From contig CBFFRP010000169.1 of the NCBI GenBank assembly GCA_965644295.1, positions 62,001 to 126,000 on the forward strand: DNA of 64,000 nt. The letters run 5' to 3'. The stretch comes from Paraphysomonas bandaiensis (Eukaryota; Protista; Chrysophyceae). Both the position numbers and the translations under genes were made by a program. The notes under the pieces are model-generated. The model ran no database searches and was not told the DNA's origin. It worked only from the letters and a program-made list of their open reading frames with translations. The stretch's first letter is position 1, and the number at the start of each line of letters is the position of its first letter. Positions 50,111-63,200 of this stretch are shown here, one piece after another.

Positions 50111-51146
50111 TCAAATGTACTACTTAAGAAAATAATGAAGTGTTATGGATGTTTGTGGTGTATAGCAGTTGTACCTGTATTTGGTACAGACTGGTGTTTC
50201 GGTTCTATTCATTGATTGCGGAAAATGCGTTACCCATATTGAGGAAAATTCCACCCGATTCCTCGAGACAACATACGTACGTACGTACCCACATACTGCG
50301 GTACCTACATACATACATACATACATACTACATACAGCAGTACAAATGTACGGTAGAACAACTATACACAGGATACATACGTACTGCTGTACCTGCCCAG
50401 TTCGATCCTACAAACTCACCGCATGCAGGTGCACACCAGTCAGTATCATAAGGGTGTCCATCAGCATCAAGGACGAGTCAATTAAATTATAATGGAGAGA
50501 GTATATGGCTGATGATACAAGTTCATCACTTGTTCCTCTCGTTATCGTGAATAGTCACTGCTACTGTAGTCTTATAAGAACACTGAGCGCATGTCACACA
50601 CACGGCCTTGCAGACTATCATGCGCTCGTCGACTAGAAGCCAGTGCAGTGCACTGTATGGATATCATGCTATAGCTATCTGACTTTAATGTTAACTCTGT
50701 TGAGGTATCAGTATATCACACTCACACAGGACGTTGGAAGAGTGCTCTGACACTGCTTTCACTTGGGGTGTATTTGAATCTGTTATAGGTCGAAAGTGGG
50801 TTACTGGTCCACTGAGATACACAAATTAGAATGCCGATAATTGTGACTTAGATGAAAATTTCGTTTTATGAAGTCAAGAATAGATTTGACAGCCGGGAGT
50901 ATTTGCGATACTAATACGTCATCTCAACTAGTTATATAGTACAATTACCCTATCTTATTCCTATTCCAGTACACGACATCTGCATCATACCTTCATTCAT
51001 TGCTAATAGACATCCCTACAGTGGGTACATTGAGAAGATTGTTAGGGAACAATATATTGTATTGTACAATATTGATACTACGCTATAAATTAGATTTAAT
51101 ACAGCGCCGACTTGCAATACTACTGCAATATACCAATAGTTTCTAG

Positions 51147-51253
51147 CAAGGCTAGGGAACAATAATATATTGCAATACTATTGTGAGCCACTCTAACAGA
51201 AACAATATTGATGGAATATTTTGCATCAATCAATATATTGTTCCCTAGCCCTG
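51147..51253. mobile_element. 107-bp hAT-type MITE with ~23-bp TIRs and 8-bp TSD GTTTCTAG
   Basis: Left end CAAGGCTAGGGAACAATAATATATTG; right end CAATATATTGTTCCCTAGCCCTG. GTTTCTAG at 51139-51146 and 51254-51261. Confidence 0.9.
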
Positions 51254-52028
51254 GTTTCTAGTATAGTACGAAAAGGAAATGGAAGGACGCAGGGTGGGCC
51301 TCGTTTATCCCCAACTCCCAAGGGGATTCTCTCGGTTGGAATACGTATGTTTACCTAAGATATGATTGTATAATTCGTTAAACACAAAGTGATAACGGTA
51401 ATACGTAGTCAAAATACTATATAGGTGTATAACTGTGAAACTGAAGTGTCGTGACGATACAAGATTCGGAAGTTATCAATGGTTGTTAGCAGAATGCCCA
51501 AATTATGTTAGTGACGAGATTTAAGCGAAATGACACAATTGTGAATACATTTATAATTTATAATAATCTATCAATTCTGACGACTTACTTTTTTACGATC
51601 TAAGTGATAAAATGAGCAAAAGTCAATACTCTCTTCGATAATTACATTACACGTACGGGTTGTAAATGTTCTCCCACTCACTACTGAGACCTTACCCACC
51701 AGCAGTGGTTGTTAATAATACTGCGTAGCAGTAAGTAAAAATCCACACTATTGTACCAGGAATTACACTTGCTGATTTCATGTTGGTATTAATGTATGAA
51801 TCATACATGAGATTCTATTAAGTTCGAATGTGAGTAAAACATTATACACTTTTATATGATAATAGATGATCGGCTACTAGCAGCTAACGTTTGGTGGAAT
51901 ATTAGCAACTAAAGAGTATTTAATGCTCAGTGTTACGTGGTTGTTTCAGCAGTATTGTGTAGCCGACATGGAGTTTACCTCTTTCTATATTTCTGCGAGA
52001 ACATGAGGGGCATCGGTGGGACGAAATC

Positions 52029-52333
52029 GGTACCTATAGGTCGCTCTACCTACCTATAGGTCCACCGCAAGTACCTAATAGGTACCTGCCTAATAGGTCC
52101 CACCTATAGTCATGCCTAATGACCCTACCTATAGGTAGGTGCCTAGCTGTCACCACCTATAGGTATACCTAGCTACCCTGCCTATAGGTGATAAGAGTTA
52201 GGTACCTACCTATAGGTACCTCAAGCCCCACCTATAGGTATCGAAGGCTTAGGTACTGTCTATAGGTAGTGCTTCTCGCTGCCTATAGGTATAAGACGAA
52301 AGACCTGTAGGTACCTGAATTCTGAACCTATAG
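52029..52333. repeat. Array of palindromic (TA)CCTATAGG(TA) motifs, left
   Basis: Many CCTATAGG and variant copies in about 300 bp. Confidence 0.9.
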
Positions 52334-52882
52334 AGAATTGGCAACGCAGCGGTGAAGAGTATAATGTATCTATTATTATTAGATTATTTCTATATATGTA
52401 TATATATACACCATTACTAAACAAGTAGACTGTGCATTCTACAATCAACAATAAGCACGCGATGTTAATAATGTGTCATTGCCATTATCAGACGAGTTAC
52501 CAGTAACGTGCTGTAATCAGTACAGGAATTGCTATCACATTCTGAGGAGTCACTGCTGCCATTCTCATTGTTGGCGTCTGAATTCAACGCCTGGCTGTGT
52601 CGTACTGTAGCATATACTCGTACACTATACCACTGTACCACTGTACTCTGTACTTGTGTACCCCTGTACTGTGTACCTGTGTACCCCTGTACTGTGTACC
52701 TGTGTACCCCTGTGCTGTGTACTACCGTACGAAGGATATCACCACTATCCAACTTCGAGGAACTACTTTGTAGCTGAAGTGAAGAGGCGAAGTGAGTGAA
52801 GTGTGAGGAAGTGTCTGCGTTAGTACGATTCGGAGAGTATGTGAATATTTGAATTTCAAACATGTGATGCCATCGTGACTCA

Positions 52883-54455
52883 ATGCCACAATTTACTGTG
52901 AGATGCCCGCGAAAACAAACTGCATCTGCTGCGCCTGCAAGAGCTCAGAAACAGCCCTGTCAACAGCGATCCATCGTGAACGACAACTTCGGCGCCGGAC
53001 AGTCAGATGCTTCACCTCGAGAAGCCAGGATGCCTCCATATAACTCTTCCTCCAACTCGACAATTTACAAGAGTTTCAAGCACAAGAAAGTCCAGTCCAG
53101 GATATTGGGCACGGTTCTCACGGCGAATGAGCTTATCATCGGACGCCAGAGCGCCGAAAAACTGTCCACACTTCCACGCTTCCACGCTTATCACAAAGAG
53201 ATGATGTATGAACGCCTCTTTGTTATACTGGACACAGGAGATGTAGTTTCAGTGGAAGAGCACTTTGACCTACTGATTCAGTTGATTCTGCTGGTGATTT
53301 CAAAGGAGGGGGTTGCAACTCAAGCTTCTCATAACAAGGTTATCCATGTTGTTTTCTCTGCCACATATCTTGAATTATATATAGCACTACATATTATCAT
53401 GTATTGTATACCCTCATATCATCATATACCATCCTTCTATTATCATATGTATTAATATATCGTACACCGTTATATTATACATATCATATCATTGTATTAG
53501 ATACCTCTTGTGCATTTTGAACAACCATATCAAATATTATGATATCGTATAACATATATCTTATACCATTCATTATTGTATCATTATGTTATATATATAT
53601 ATGTATATCATATCACACAGCACAGCATATCATATATATCGAGCAGCATCGCATTTTACAGTGCCCTGTCATCTGCTACTATTACATATTATTATTGTGA
53701 ATAACAAACTAGTAGGCATTCTTTCTCGCTTCTAAAGAAGGTGCATTGCAAGCTAATGAAAAATTGTTAGCAAGTGAGGTAGTATCTGCATTTTCGGCAT
53801 GCAAGTATGTACTGCTCATATTGTTTACTTTTTTCTAATAATATCATTGCAGGTATGTCAAGAAGTATATTCGCAAATTGTCGTGCAATTTGAAAACCAA
53901 GATTAGATGTTGTCACACCAAGTTGTTTTCGGAACAGTCTTCGTGGGCGACTGTATCATTTGGAAGGGAATTAGCCCAAGCCTTGGAGAATGGTAAGTAT
54001 TTATTATTGCGACAATTGATGTCTTATATATATATTTTATTGACAAGGTATTAGTCCACGACAACATCAAGTTGAAAACGAGGGGTCGTATATGCAGACT
54101 GCCATTGAGGCAGTATGCATCATGATTGGAGCTTACGACTTCGACGAACACGAAGGTCCTGGGGCCTTTATGGACCAGACGAGCACAACAAATGCTTTTA
54201 GGCCCTCCACGAGAAGTGTGGACGTCGGAGATTTGCTCCAGAGCGACCGACGGTATGAATCCTATTCGGGATTCCCGGCGTGAGCTGGTGATAAATGACA
54301 GTGATTTGAATTTTTTCAAGAATGAAAGGTTAGTATGGTTCAAACGTTGGGGTATTGTTCAAACGTTCGAGAAGCCGAAGAAGGAAGATGATGGTCTGAA
54401 CATTGACGATACAGTCAATGACGATACTTCCCTGTTAACTTCAGATTGGCGGTGA
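52883..54455 (+). pseudogene. Orphan 4-exon gene between the CCTATAGG arrays, frameshifted by a 20-nt deletion near 54185
   Basis: Model 52883-53338, 53716-53804, ~53852-53991, ~54048-54455 splices in frame. The paralogous copy at 55023-55412 is uninterrupted across the deleted segment. Confidence 0.6.
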
Positions 54456-54521
54456 AGACTTCTGAAGTGCACAATGCTTCTGCTTCTTAGCAGGTGATTA
54501 GGAGCTAGTACATTTTTGAGC

Positions 54522-54765
54522 AATAGGTGGTACCTAAAGGTTTTCGAATAGGTACCACCTATAGCTACCCAGTGTACCTATAGGTACCCCCTAATACACG
54601 TACCTATTCGTCTCCCTATAGGTGGTACCTATGACCTCTAGATTTCCTACTGATAGGTATCCCTATTTATATTAAAATGTACCTATAGGTACTGCCTACA
54701 TGTATCAATACTACCTATAGGTACTACCTAAAAATATAATACCAATACTACCTATAGGTACTATA
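54522..54765. repeat. Array of palindromic (TA)CCTATAGG(TA) motifs, right
   Basis: Same motif family as 52029-52333. Confidence 0.9.
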
Positions 54766-54969
54766 ATTAGCAATAATAAACACAGTATAATATATATATT
54801 GCAAAGTAGAAAAAGCAAGCAATGCAGATCTGTAATCATGAATGAGTAGACAAACTATGTATTCAATTAATATAGACGGCATTAACATAGTTCGAAGTAA
54901 AAATTAACGGCAATTACTACTTAGAACCTACAAAATACATACCACGACAAATTTGAACCACATCGTAAG

Positions 54970-55708
54970 CTAGCTCCCAATCACCTGCTAAGAAGTAGAA
55001 GCATTGTGCACTTCAGAAGCCTTCACCGCCAATCTGAAGTTAACAGGGAAGTATCGTCATTGTTCAGACTGTCGTCGTCCTTCTTCGACTTCCCCAACGT
55101 TTGAACCATACCCCAACGTTTGAACCATACTAACCTTTCATTCTTGAAAAAATTCAAATCACTGTCACTTATCACAAGCTCACGCCGGGAATCCCGAATA
55201 GGATTCATACCGTCGGTCGCTCTGGAGCAAATTTCAGATGTCCATGCTTCTCGTGGAGGACCTAAAAGCATTTGTTGAGCCGTTGACTCAACCATGATGC
55301 TAGTCTGGTCCATAAAGGCCTCAGGATCTTCATTTTCATCGAAATCGTAGGCTCCAATCATGATGCATACTGCCTCAATGGCAGTCTGCATATATGACCC
55401 CTTGTTGTCCACTTGATACTTTCGTGGACTAATACCTTTTCAACAGAATTACATCAATTGGCACAATATAATAAATACTTACCATTTTCCAATACTTCGG
55501 CTAATTCCCGTCTAAATGATGCAGTCGCCCACAAAGGCTGTGTGGAGAACAGCTTGGCGTGACAACATCTAATCTTGGTCTTCAAATTACACGACAATTT
55601 GCGAATATACTTCTTGACATACCTGCAATGATATTATTAGAAAAAAGTAAATAATATGAGCAGTATATACTTGCACGCCGAAAATGCAGACACCACCTCA
55701 CTTGCTAA
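54970..55708 (-). pseudogene. Inverted, 5'-truncated second copy of the orphan gene (paralogous to 53767-54508), introns retained
   Basis: Reverse complement aligns with 53767-54508. Encodes MQTAIEAVCIMIGAYDFDE...TSLLTSDWR. Confidence 0.8.
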
Positions 55709-55715
55709 GCAACCC

Positions 55716-55850
55716 ATGTTTAGTGCAGCTAAACTTATTATCTCAGTGTTGCGCAAAAGTATACATCCTATTACACTTAATATGATGTTATTTCTGAAAG
55801 TTAATCGACACTTGCGGCCGGATATATATATATTTCAATTAATTTTGAAT
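55716..55850 (+). pseudogene. hAT transposase C-terminal (hATC) remnant
   Basis: MFSAAKLIISVLRKSIHPITLNMMLFLKVNRHL matches the hAT C-terminal consensus FSxAxxxxxxxRxxLxPxxxxxxLFLKxN. Confidence 0.65.
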
Positions 55851-56137
55851 GATTGTAGTGACCATACTGATATATACTGCAAGATGTAACAGCAAGTATA
55901 CGTAGGTATACCTTTATTTGATAACAAAAACATCATTATTCACCTTATTGGCTTACTCGAAAATGTGTTACATTTTCATCACGACAGACAACTCGAATGC
56001 TTCGTGTACTAGGCAATCAATTTTCACTGATAAGTCTATTCAACTTTCAGACTCACTGTATTTTTATAGAACTTCAATCCTAAATGCTACATATATACAT
56101 GGACTGAGGCACCCAAACGTAGCCCATCAGTTGTATA

Positions 56138-58636
56138 TTACATATGCCAATTCGAAGTTGGCGATGTAACCTTTTTACTCCTTCCATGTCGAGGGCTTGT
56201 GTTACGTCGACTTTTGTGCACTCGTCGCGTTCCGTTTGGAGACTCTACGGACCGCATCGGAGGGGCAGACTTCGGCTTTTGGTGAGAACTACGCATCGAG
56301 CGAACCCCATTAACCCCCACAACGTGTACGTTGCTATCCAATCCTTCAATGTGGGAGGCTTCATCAGGATCATTTACAAACCCCGGCGCTATGTCACTGG
56401 GACAGCGCTCTCTTCTGTTATCGAGAGGTGAAGTACTGGAATGCTTTTTATGCGTGCTGGTGTAAACTTCCATGAATCGACGACCACACATACAAGACAT
56501 ATGTTTCAGCGTTTTATACTTCGCATATAAAACTTTGTGTTCATGATTAATGGAATTAAGCATTTCCAACATCTGCGCATTTGCGGCCTTGAGGCCAGTA
56601 ACCATCTCTGCATCTTGCTGGACTACCCGCTTCAGGTCGGAGTTAGACTTTGATATTTTCTCCTTTTCGGCTTGTAAACTTTCAATCTCAGCCCGATTTT
56701 CATCACTTTCACGAAAAAAACGCATCAAGCGATCAATTTCGAAATTAGCAGCCTTGAGCTTCATACTCAGCAAATCGCATTGATCAGATGAAGTTTCAGA
56801 TATCTTTCGGCGTTCCATGAGTTCCCCTTGCATTTCCTCCATTGTATTTAATGTGACTTGTAGTCGTGAGTTACAATCGTAATAGTTTTCACGGAAGTAT
56901 TCAAGCTCTTGCTGCATCATTTCTTTAATCTCCATGCACTGATCAAGTTTAGCTGTTGCTGTCTCCAAAATGACATCAGGACCAGTTTGTACACAAACTT
57001 CAGTCAATATAGGGAGAGCCGCTAATGCTTCCGCCTCTTTCTGCTTCTCTCGTTTCTAATAACAAGAATACGCGCATTAGACGTTAGTGTCCAAATATAA
57101 CTTCATATCCAATCCAATCCATTCAAAAGGTTGCATGCACACAACATCCACTCACACAAGTATCGTATATATATATACGCCAGTCACCTCATAGTACGCT
57201 ATTGTCTCTTGCAGCTTCATCCCCGCATCTGCAATTTCTTGCATAAGACACTTGTTGTACACATCCTTCTCATTGCTATTTCTCTTGTACCCTTCACATT
57301 CCTTGCGTATTGCTTTAAGCGTTTTCCCGTGTGCTGAGAGGTCCTTCTGTCGTTCACTTACCGCTTCCTCCGCCTCCTTCTGAGCTTTCACAACAAGTTC
57401 TTGAAGCTGGGCAACTTCATCAGAATGCATCACTTTATTTTGCTCATACTGGGTCTGTAGCTCAAGAAGTCTATCGCGCTGCTCCTGAAGTTCTTTTGAA
57501 TGACTGCTCCGCAAAGACTCCATCTCTCTGGCGTGTTCTTCGATCATGTCTTTCTTCTCTCTCTCTGAAGACATCATCAAGGTTACATATTTATCCTTCG
57601 CAACCGCTAGTTCAGTTTCTAAATTGTTGTAGGCATCCCAGCTCGGATAATTAGTGCTGCTATAAGCTGCATTGGGTTGCACTCCATCTGAAGTGTCCTG
57701 ATACACGGTATCATGGCATTGAGAAAGCTGAGGATATTCGGAGCCGTCGTAATATGCATCGGAATACGTGTTGGGATCGGCATTACTATAGTAATCGGTT
57801 CCGTTGCAAGTATTATAGCTACCTTCATTAGTCTGGTACTGATAATTTTGTGCACCACATCCCTGGTCAGGATATTGCTCTTGGTTGTACTCATACTGTT
57901 CAACATTATAACTGTCCCCCGATTGTGGCGCGTCATAAACATCTTCACCTAATGCATACGATGCTAGAGTCCGCTCGTCACACAACTTTGACATACTTCG
58001 TGATAACACTTGATCAACAAAACTACCACTCGTCTGTTTGGTCAAAACCTTCCTTGTTTGCGAGTCGCTTGGCGCACTTGTGTGAAAATTACCCATATTT
58101 TCCGCCACCAGAGTGTCAATAGCAGTAGTAGATACAGCACCCTCATGTGGCTTTCGGTTCGGCTTAATTTCATAAGGAGGTATTTCATAGGTAGACATAT
58201 CGCAATCCGACGCGGAATAAGATTCCATTTGCCTAAACGTATGCGCTTTAGCAGTACCAGCCGCCCGATCAACGGTATCATTAAGTAAGTCATCAACATA
58301 ACCACTGCTTGCAGCACGTAACAATTTCTTTCGACTTGAATGATCGGATACAGTTTGTTCCATATCTACATCGTGACTATGACAGCTATCCTGATAACTT
58401 AACACACTGCCAACAACAGCCTCCACAAACTGTCCACTAGTTGTACGTATAATCCGTCGATCAGACTGATGTATTGAAACAGATGAGTCATTGAATATAT
58501 CCTCATCTTCATAGTCATTGTCTTGCTTTGATTTAGTGGTTATAGTGTGAAGGGCGTTGTCCATAACACTCTGTATGAACTCCTCACTCTCGTTACGTCT
58601 TAACAGGTTCATTGGTAGTCGAGATAGTAGGTTCAT
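56138..58636 (-). CDS. Uncharacterised coiled-coil protein, 2 exons (intron 57187-57056)
   Basis: The 494-aa and 289-aa ORFs join in frame (IAYYE|KREKQKEAEALAALPILTEVCVQT). Tyr/Gln-rich linker and long coiled coil. Confidence 0.7.
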
Positions 58637-59331
58637 AGGGACTGGATTGAGGAGCTAGAGGGTTGTGGTTTACATGGTGTTTGTTATGTGATGTGGATAT
58701 GGATCTGGTTAATGCTCATAGGTGTATATAGCCCACTATACTCTACACACATATGCATCGACTCGTATATGCAGCTATCTGGGTGTGTCCATCTCTGTAT
58801 GTAGGCATCATATACAGTATACAGTACTCTAGTACTCTACACTGTCTGCTGTGTGCGGATAGGATGGTAAAGGTACAGTACAAAAATCATGTGATTAGGT
58901 ACAACGGATGCGATGGGGTGGCAAATCAAGAATTCCAAAATTGGATTTTTGGCTGTTGTATTTTTACTTCCATGATTACTAAACAGTACGTAGAGTTCTA
59001 TATATAAATAAGAAAGGCTGAAATTACACGAATGTAAAAATGCAAAAATACATGCACAGCAGATATGCACCCACCATACGTTGTGGTCCCAAAAATACTA
59101 CACCAATAGTATCTCCGTAAAGCAGGATTAACAATTTTCATTTGACAATATAGATTCCCTTCATTCTATTGTATATTATCATATGAACACGTCCACTTCT
59201 CCACTTCGCCATACACAGTGCTGCACTCTGCTATCTTTATGCTGCTAGATACACACATACATACATACATATCTAGATATCTACCTGCATCACTGTATAT
59301 ATATACGACCACATTATTACAAGTTTTCATC

Positions 59332-59919
59332 ATGATTTGTTCTATTCGAAATATTCGTCGTATAGCAGGGCCCCTACAATCCACCGTTAGGTCCTTCGCC
59401 TCTCTTGATAAGGTGTTCTACACCGCTAAAACACACACTACAGGTGCATGCAAACAGATCCGTTTATCCATTAATAATTACGAATAGGAGGACGAGATGG
59501 AACCTCTGAGTCTGATGATGGTCGACTGAAGGTGAAGCTATCGTCACCAGGAACTACAGGCACAGGGACTAATCCAGAGCAGCTCTTTGCTGCTGGTGAG
59601 TGATAATAAGCACATGTTATTATCTGCTGTACTGATATTAGTGTTTGTATATACAGGATACTCTGCTTGCTTCATAGGTGCTCTAAAGGCCGTTGCTGGA
59701 GAATTAAAAATTACGCTTTCATCTGAACCTGTTGTCGATGCACGGGTTGATTTGGGTGAATTACAAACTGGCTATGGAATAGCGGCTCATCTGGAGGTTA
59801 CATTAGATGGAATAGAGAGAGAGCAGGCTCATGAATTAATCAGTAGGGCTCATGAGGTCTGTCCATATTCCAATGCAACGAGAGGGAACATAGATGTCAC
59901 CCTCACATTGAAAGAATGA
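59332..59919 (+). CDS. ohr: Organic hydroperoxide resistance protein (Ohr/OsmC family) with N-terminal presequence; 3 exons
   Basis: Exons 59332-59443, 59488-59595 and 59657-59919 give [44 protein letters not shown]...AHEVCPYSNATRGNIDV. Confidence 0.93.
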
Positions 59920-60212
59920 GTGCAGGGTTTCTTTGCAGCATTGGCGTTTGTTTTCATATTAATTTTGTTGCTTTAATATTGGCATTTTTAGTATTATTTT
60001 TTATATGAAAGCGTTGTCGGGTTCTAATACGGAATTATCTTGGTTTTCTATTATGATAATTCAACAATCTCTGCTCTATTTACAATCTATGATAGTTCAC
60101 ATGTTAACTGTATACGTTGCAGTATAAAAGTTTTCAATATAAGTGATTATTACAATATACTGCAAAAACAATGACACTTAACAATCTAATTATTTTCTAC
60201 ACTATACTGATT

Positions 60213-63200
60213 CTACATGCCTAATATATCAGCACTCAATAAACATAAGCTATCCACTGTACTTTCATGGTCATTCTTATCCCGAACAGGACGCCCTCGC
60301 GCGGCGGATAGGTCTCCAAAGCCGGTAAGAACAGCAACTACATCCACAGTCAGTACAGATTGTTTGAGATCTAATAGTTGTCGCCCGGACTTGCAGCTCT
60401 GTACATACAGAATACGTTAGACTCCATATCAAACATGTATACACAGCTATAATACTCATTTTGATAGGAGATTGCACCAAAAATAAGTGAATGACAAAAC
60501 TTTACCTGAAATATGGTCCGAACAAATTTTAAAACTTTTTCAGTAACTTTCATGTCAAGCTGCACACAAACAGTTAGATGGCAAACGACTGTGTGATAAT
60601 AGGGTACATCATGAATTCCAATAGGAGAAAAACATCAGTCAAAATGCATGCATAAGCGTTATTCCGACACATAGGCATGGATACAACACAGACACTTACA
60701 TTTCTGTTACATAATGCTCTTGCAAGTCCCTTGCTGTGCGCCACGACTATGCCCATGACAGTAGAAGGCATCATATCAATAAGAACATTCAGACAACTCG
60801 CTCCACTATCATGTATAAGGAACATCATCGTTGAGTCTAAGGCTGGCATGTCGGAATGCCTTATGGGCCACGATAATACTTCGATAACACTCGGTACAGC
60901 TTGACATAGCACGGATATAATATGGACCATATTCTTCTGAAGATAATCTTCCATCATTGCGTCTTCAGAGGTATGTGAGCTACTATTGGTCCTATTGTTG
61001 AAGTGGTCAGCATAGTCCACACATACCAGCATCAGTTCTAGCAGAACGACCACAAGCTCCGCATTTAGTTTCTCAACTGCCGCTGCTGTGCACGATACAA
61101 GAACATGGCTCATGCCTGCTTTAAACACCGCACCCGGTAGAGCTGCAGCACTCTTATCATTAAACGAAGAGGACGATGCTATCAGTAACTTCAGTAATAC
61201 TGCCACTTGTGGGTCTGGAGGAAGATCGCCAACTGGAGACGGTGCAGAATTTCGATCAGAATTGCTCTGTAGCCCATAGGATCCCTTCAGTAGATCCAGC
61301 AAGCGACCAAAAATTTCAATTGCATCACTTTCAAAATGTGACATTGCCACCGCAATATCTGAACACGTGGAAGGAGACGCTGCGGCCACTTCAGCTAGAA
61401 GTCGAACTGTATACTGCGGTATAGGGGCCTCGTCTTGTAGGAGCATCCCGGTGGGAAATTTCTTCAACACCTTCTCCATGAATATCTCATGGTAGGCGGC
61501 AGATTCGTACAGTCGAACCAGTGCAGGCAGCAATTTGCGAAGTGAAAACATGATGATTACTCTTGCATCACCATCACAAGCACCACAAAATGATACAACT
61601 GACGGTATTAATTGCGTTAACAAGGACTTCATGCAAGAGCTTGAAAGGTGGGTTGGCGTAGACGTAGATGAATCCAAGTCCAACTGCAAATCGTTCAGAT
61701 ATTAGACATGACACAAATTTCAAGCCAAATACAGAATGTATATAATATGAAGTAAAAATGATATCTACATGCGTCTAAAAGAGAAGGTACCTGGGCGACA
61801 GACTCTAACGCTAGAAGAACGGCTTGTTCTGCAATACTAACAACATCATCTGATCCACGATTAGGCATCTTCATCAACTCTCCAACCAGAGATAACGCAG
61901 CGGAAAGTGTTTGCACATATCTTGTAGACATCACCGCCCGACGAAGCGCATGGTGTGCTGTCATCGACAGACATGCGCGCAACACAGCGCTGCACTCCGA
62001 CACACGAGAAGCACTTGCAGTGGGTGGTGCTCGCTGATGAATGTCAAGATTGGCAACATGACCCGGACTGCTGCTTCCACCACGCTTACTTGTGTAGGAC
62101 GGGTTGTGACCAATCACCGGTGAGGTACGACCAGTCATTGGAGTGTCGCTCAGCATAGGCGTCGCCGCCTCTCGGCCTCGACTTCCACCTTTCATTGGGG
62201 TCGAATACGCATTTTTTCCACTACTTGCACCAGAGATCAAATCGCAGCCTTGCATCAGTTGATCAACTTCCTCAATGGCCGCTGCATTCACCCCTGCGGA
62301 CAGCTGGGTATCGTTCTTGAGTTGAGACACTAGCTGGACCAAGGAATTGGACAAGGCATGTCGCAAATACTTCTGCATCGATACCGCACATTGAATTACA
62401 TATGTTGACGTCTTTGTTTCCAGCTCCTGCGTACCACCAAATCTGGATATGTCTTCCTGCTCCAGCAGCTTGCCTAGCAGGTTTTGGAACCGGCAGTCCG
62501 ACAATGAGATTGCCACAGATGGGTGAAATCGGCACATCAACTCAATCGCCAAAATCGCTTTTCCTTTTATAGCGCTCGAGCTCCCTTGTTCTGCCAATCG
62601 GCAAAGCACTGGCAAAAGTTGACCACACTCCTGCACGAAGTAGAATCGTATAGCCTTGAGAGCCTCATCAGTTGGTGAAGACACTGTATTACCAGGACTC
62701 GGAGACGGGGCGATATGATTAGCAGAGAATATGATGTTAAAGATATTTAGGTATGCTTGTTGCAACCTCGGTCTTCCATCCTTGAGCGTATCGATAAAGT
62801 TGGACAAACCGCCTTTCTCAAGGATGCGGGAGATAAATCTCGCACCACCTGGAATATGTTAGGACCAGATTCATAGCTGTGAAGTACAAAACAATACACA
62901 ATACAGAAAATATCACAGCATGCTAAGAGTACACCGCACACCTGGCGCTGGACTGCTTCCTCCAGTAGTAGTGGCAGCCTCTTGAAGAACCATAAAAAAC
63001 ATGTGGAATAGTGCCATCGCACACACAGCTTGTATTGTGGTATTCCTGCTATGCTGCGAAAGGTCCAACAGTCGAGATGCCACCTCCAGAGATATAAATT
63101 GCTTTCTGATGGGATAAGAACCTTGCGCTAGAATGTTCTCAATAGTCTGTTCATATAGTTCCAGTGATTCATGTTATAAACAATGAATATACTGTACTGC

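Noticed and set aside
52011-54656. Defined TIR pair and TSD for the CCTATAGG-bounded unit
   Set aside because: CATCGGTGGGACGAAATC has only weak inverted matches (54606-54616, 54641-54655) and I found no TSD, so the boundaries are not called.
5330-59919. Bacterial contamination suggested by the yihQ-like and ohr genes
   Set aside because: Both genes have spliceosomal introns and targeting peptides and sit among core eukaryotic genes.
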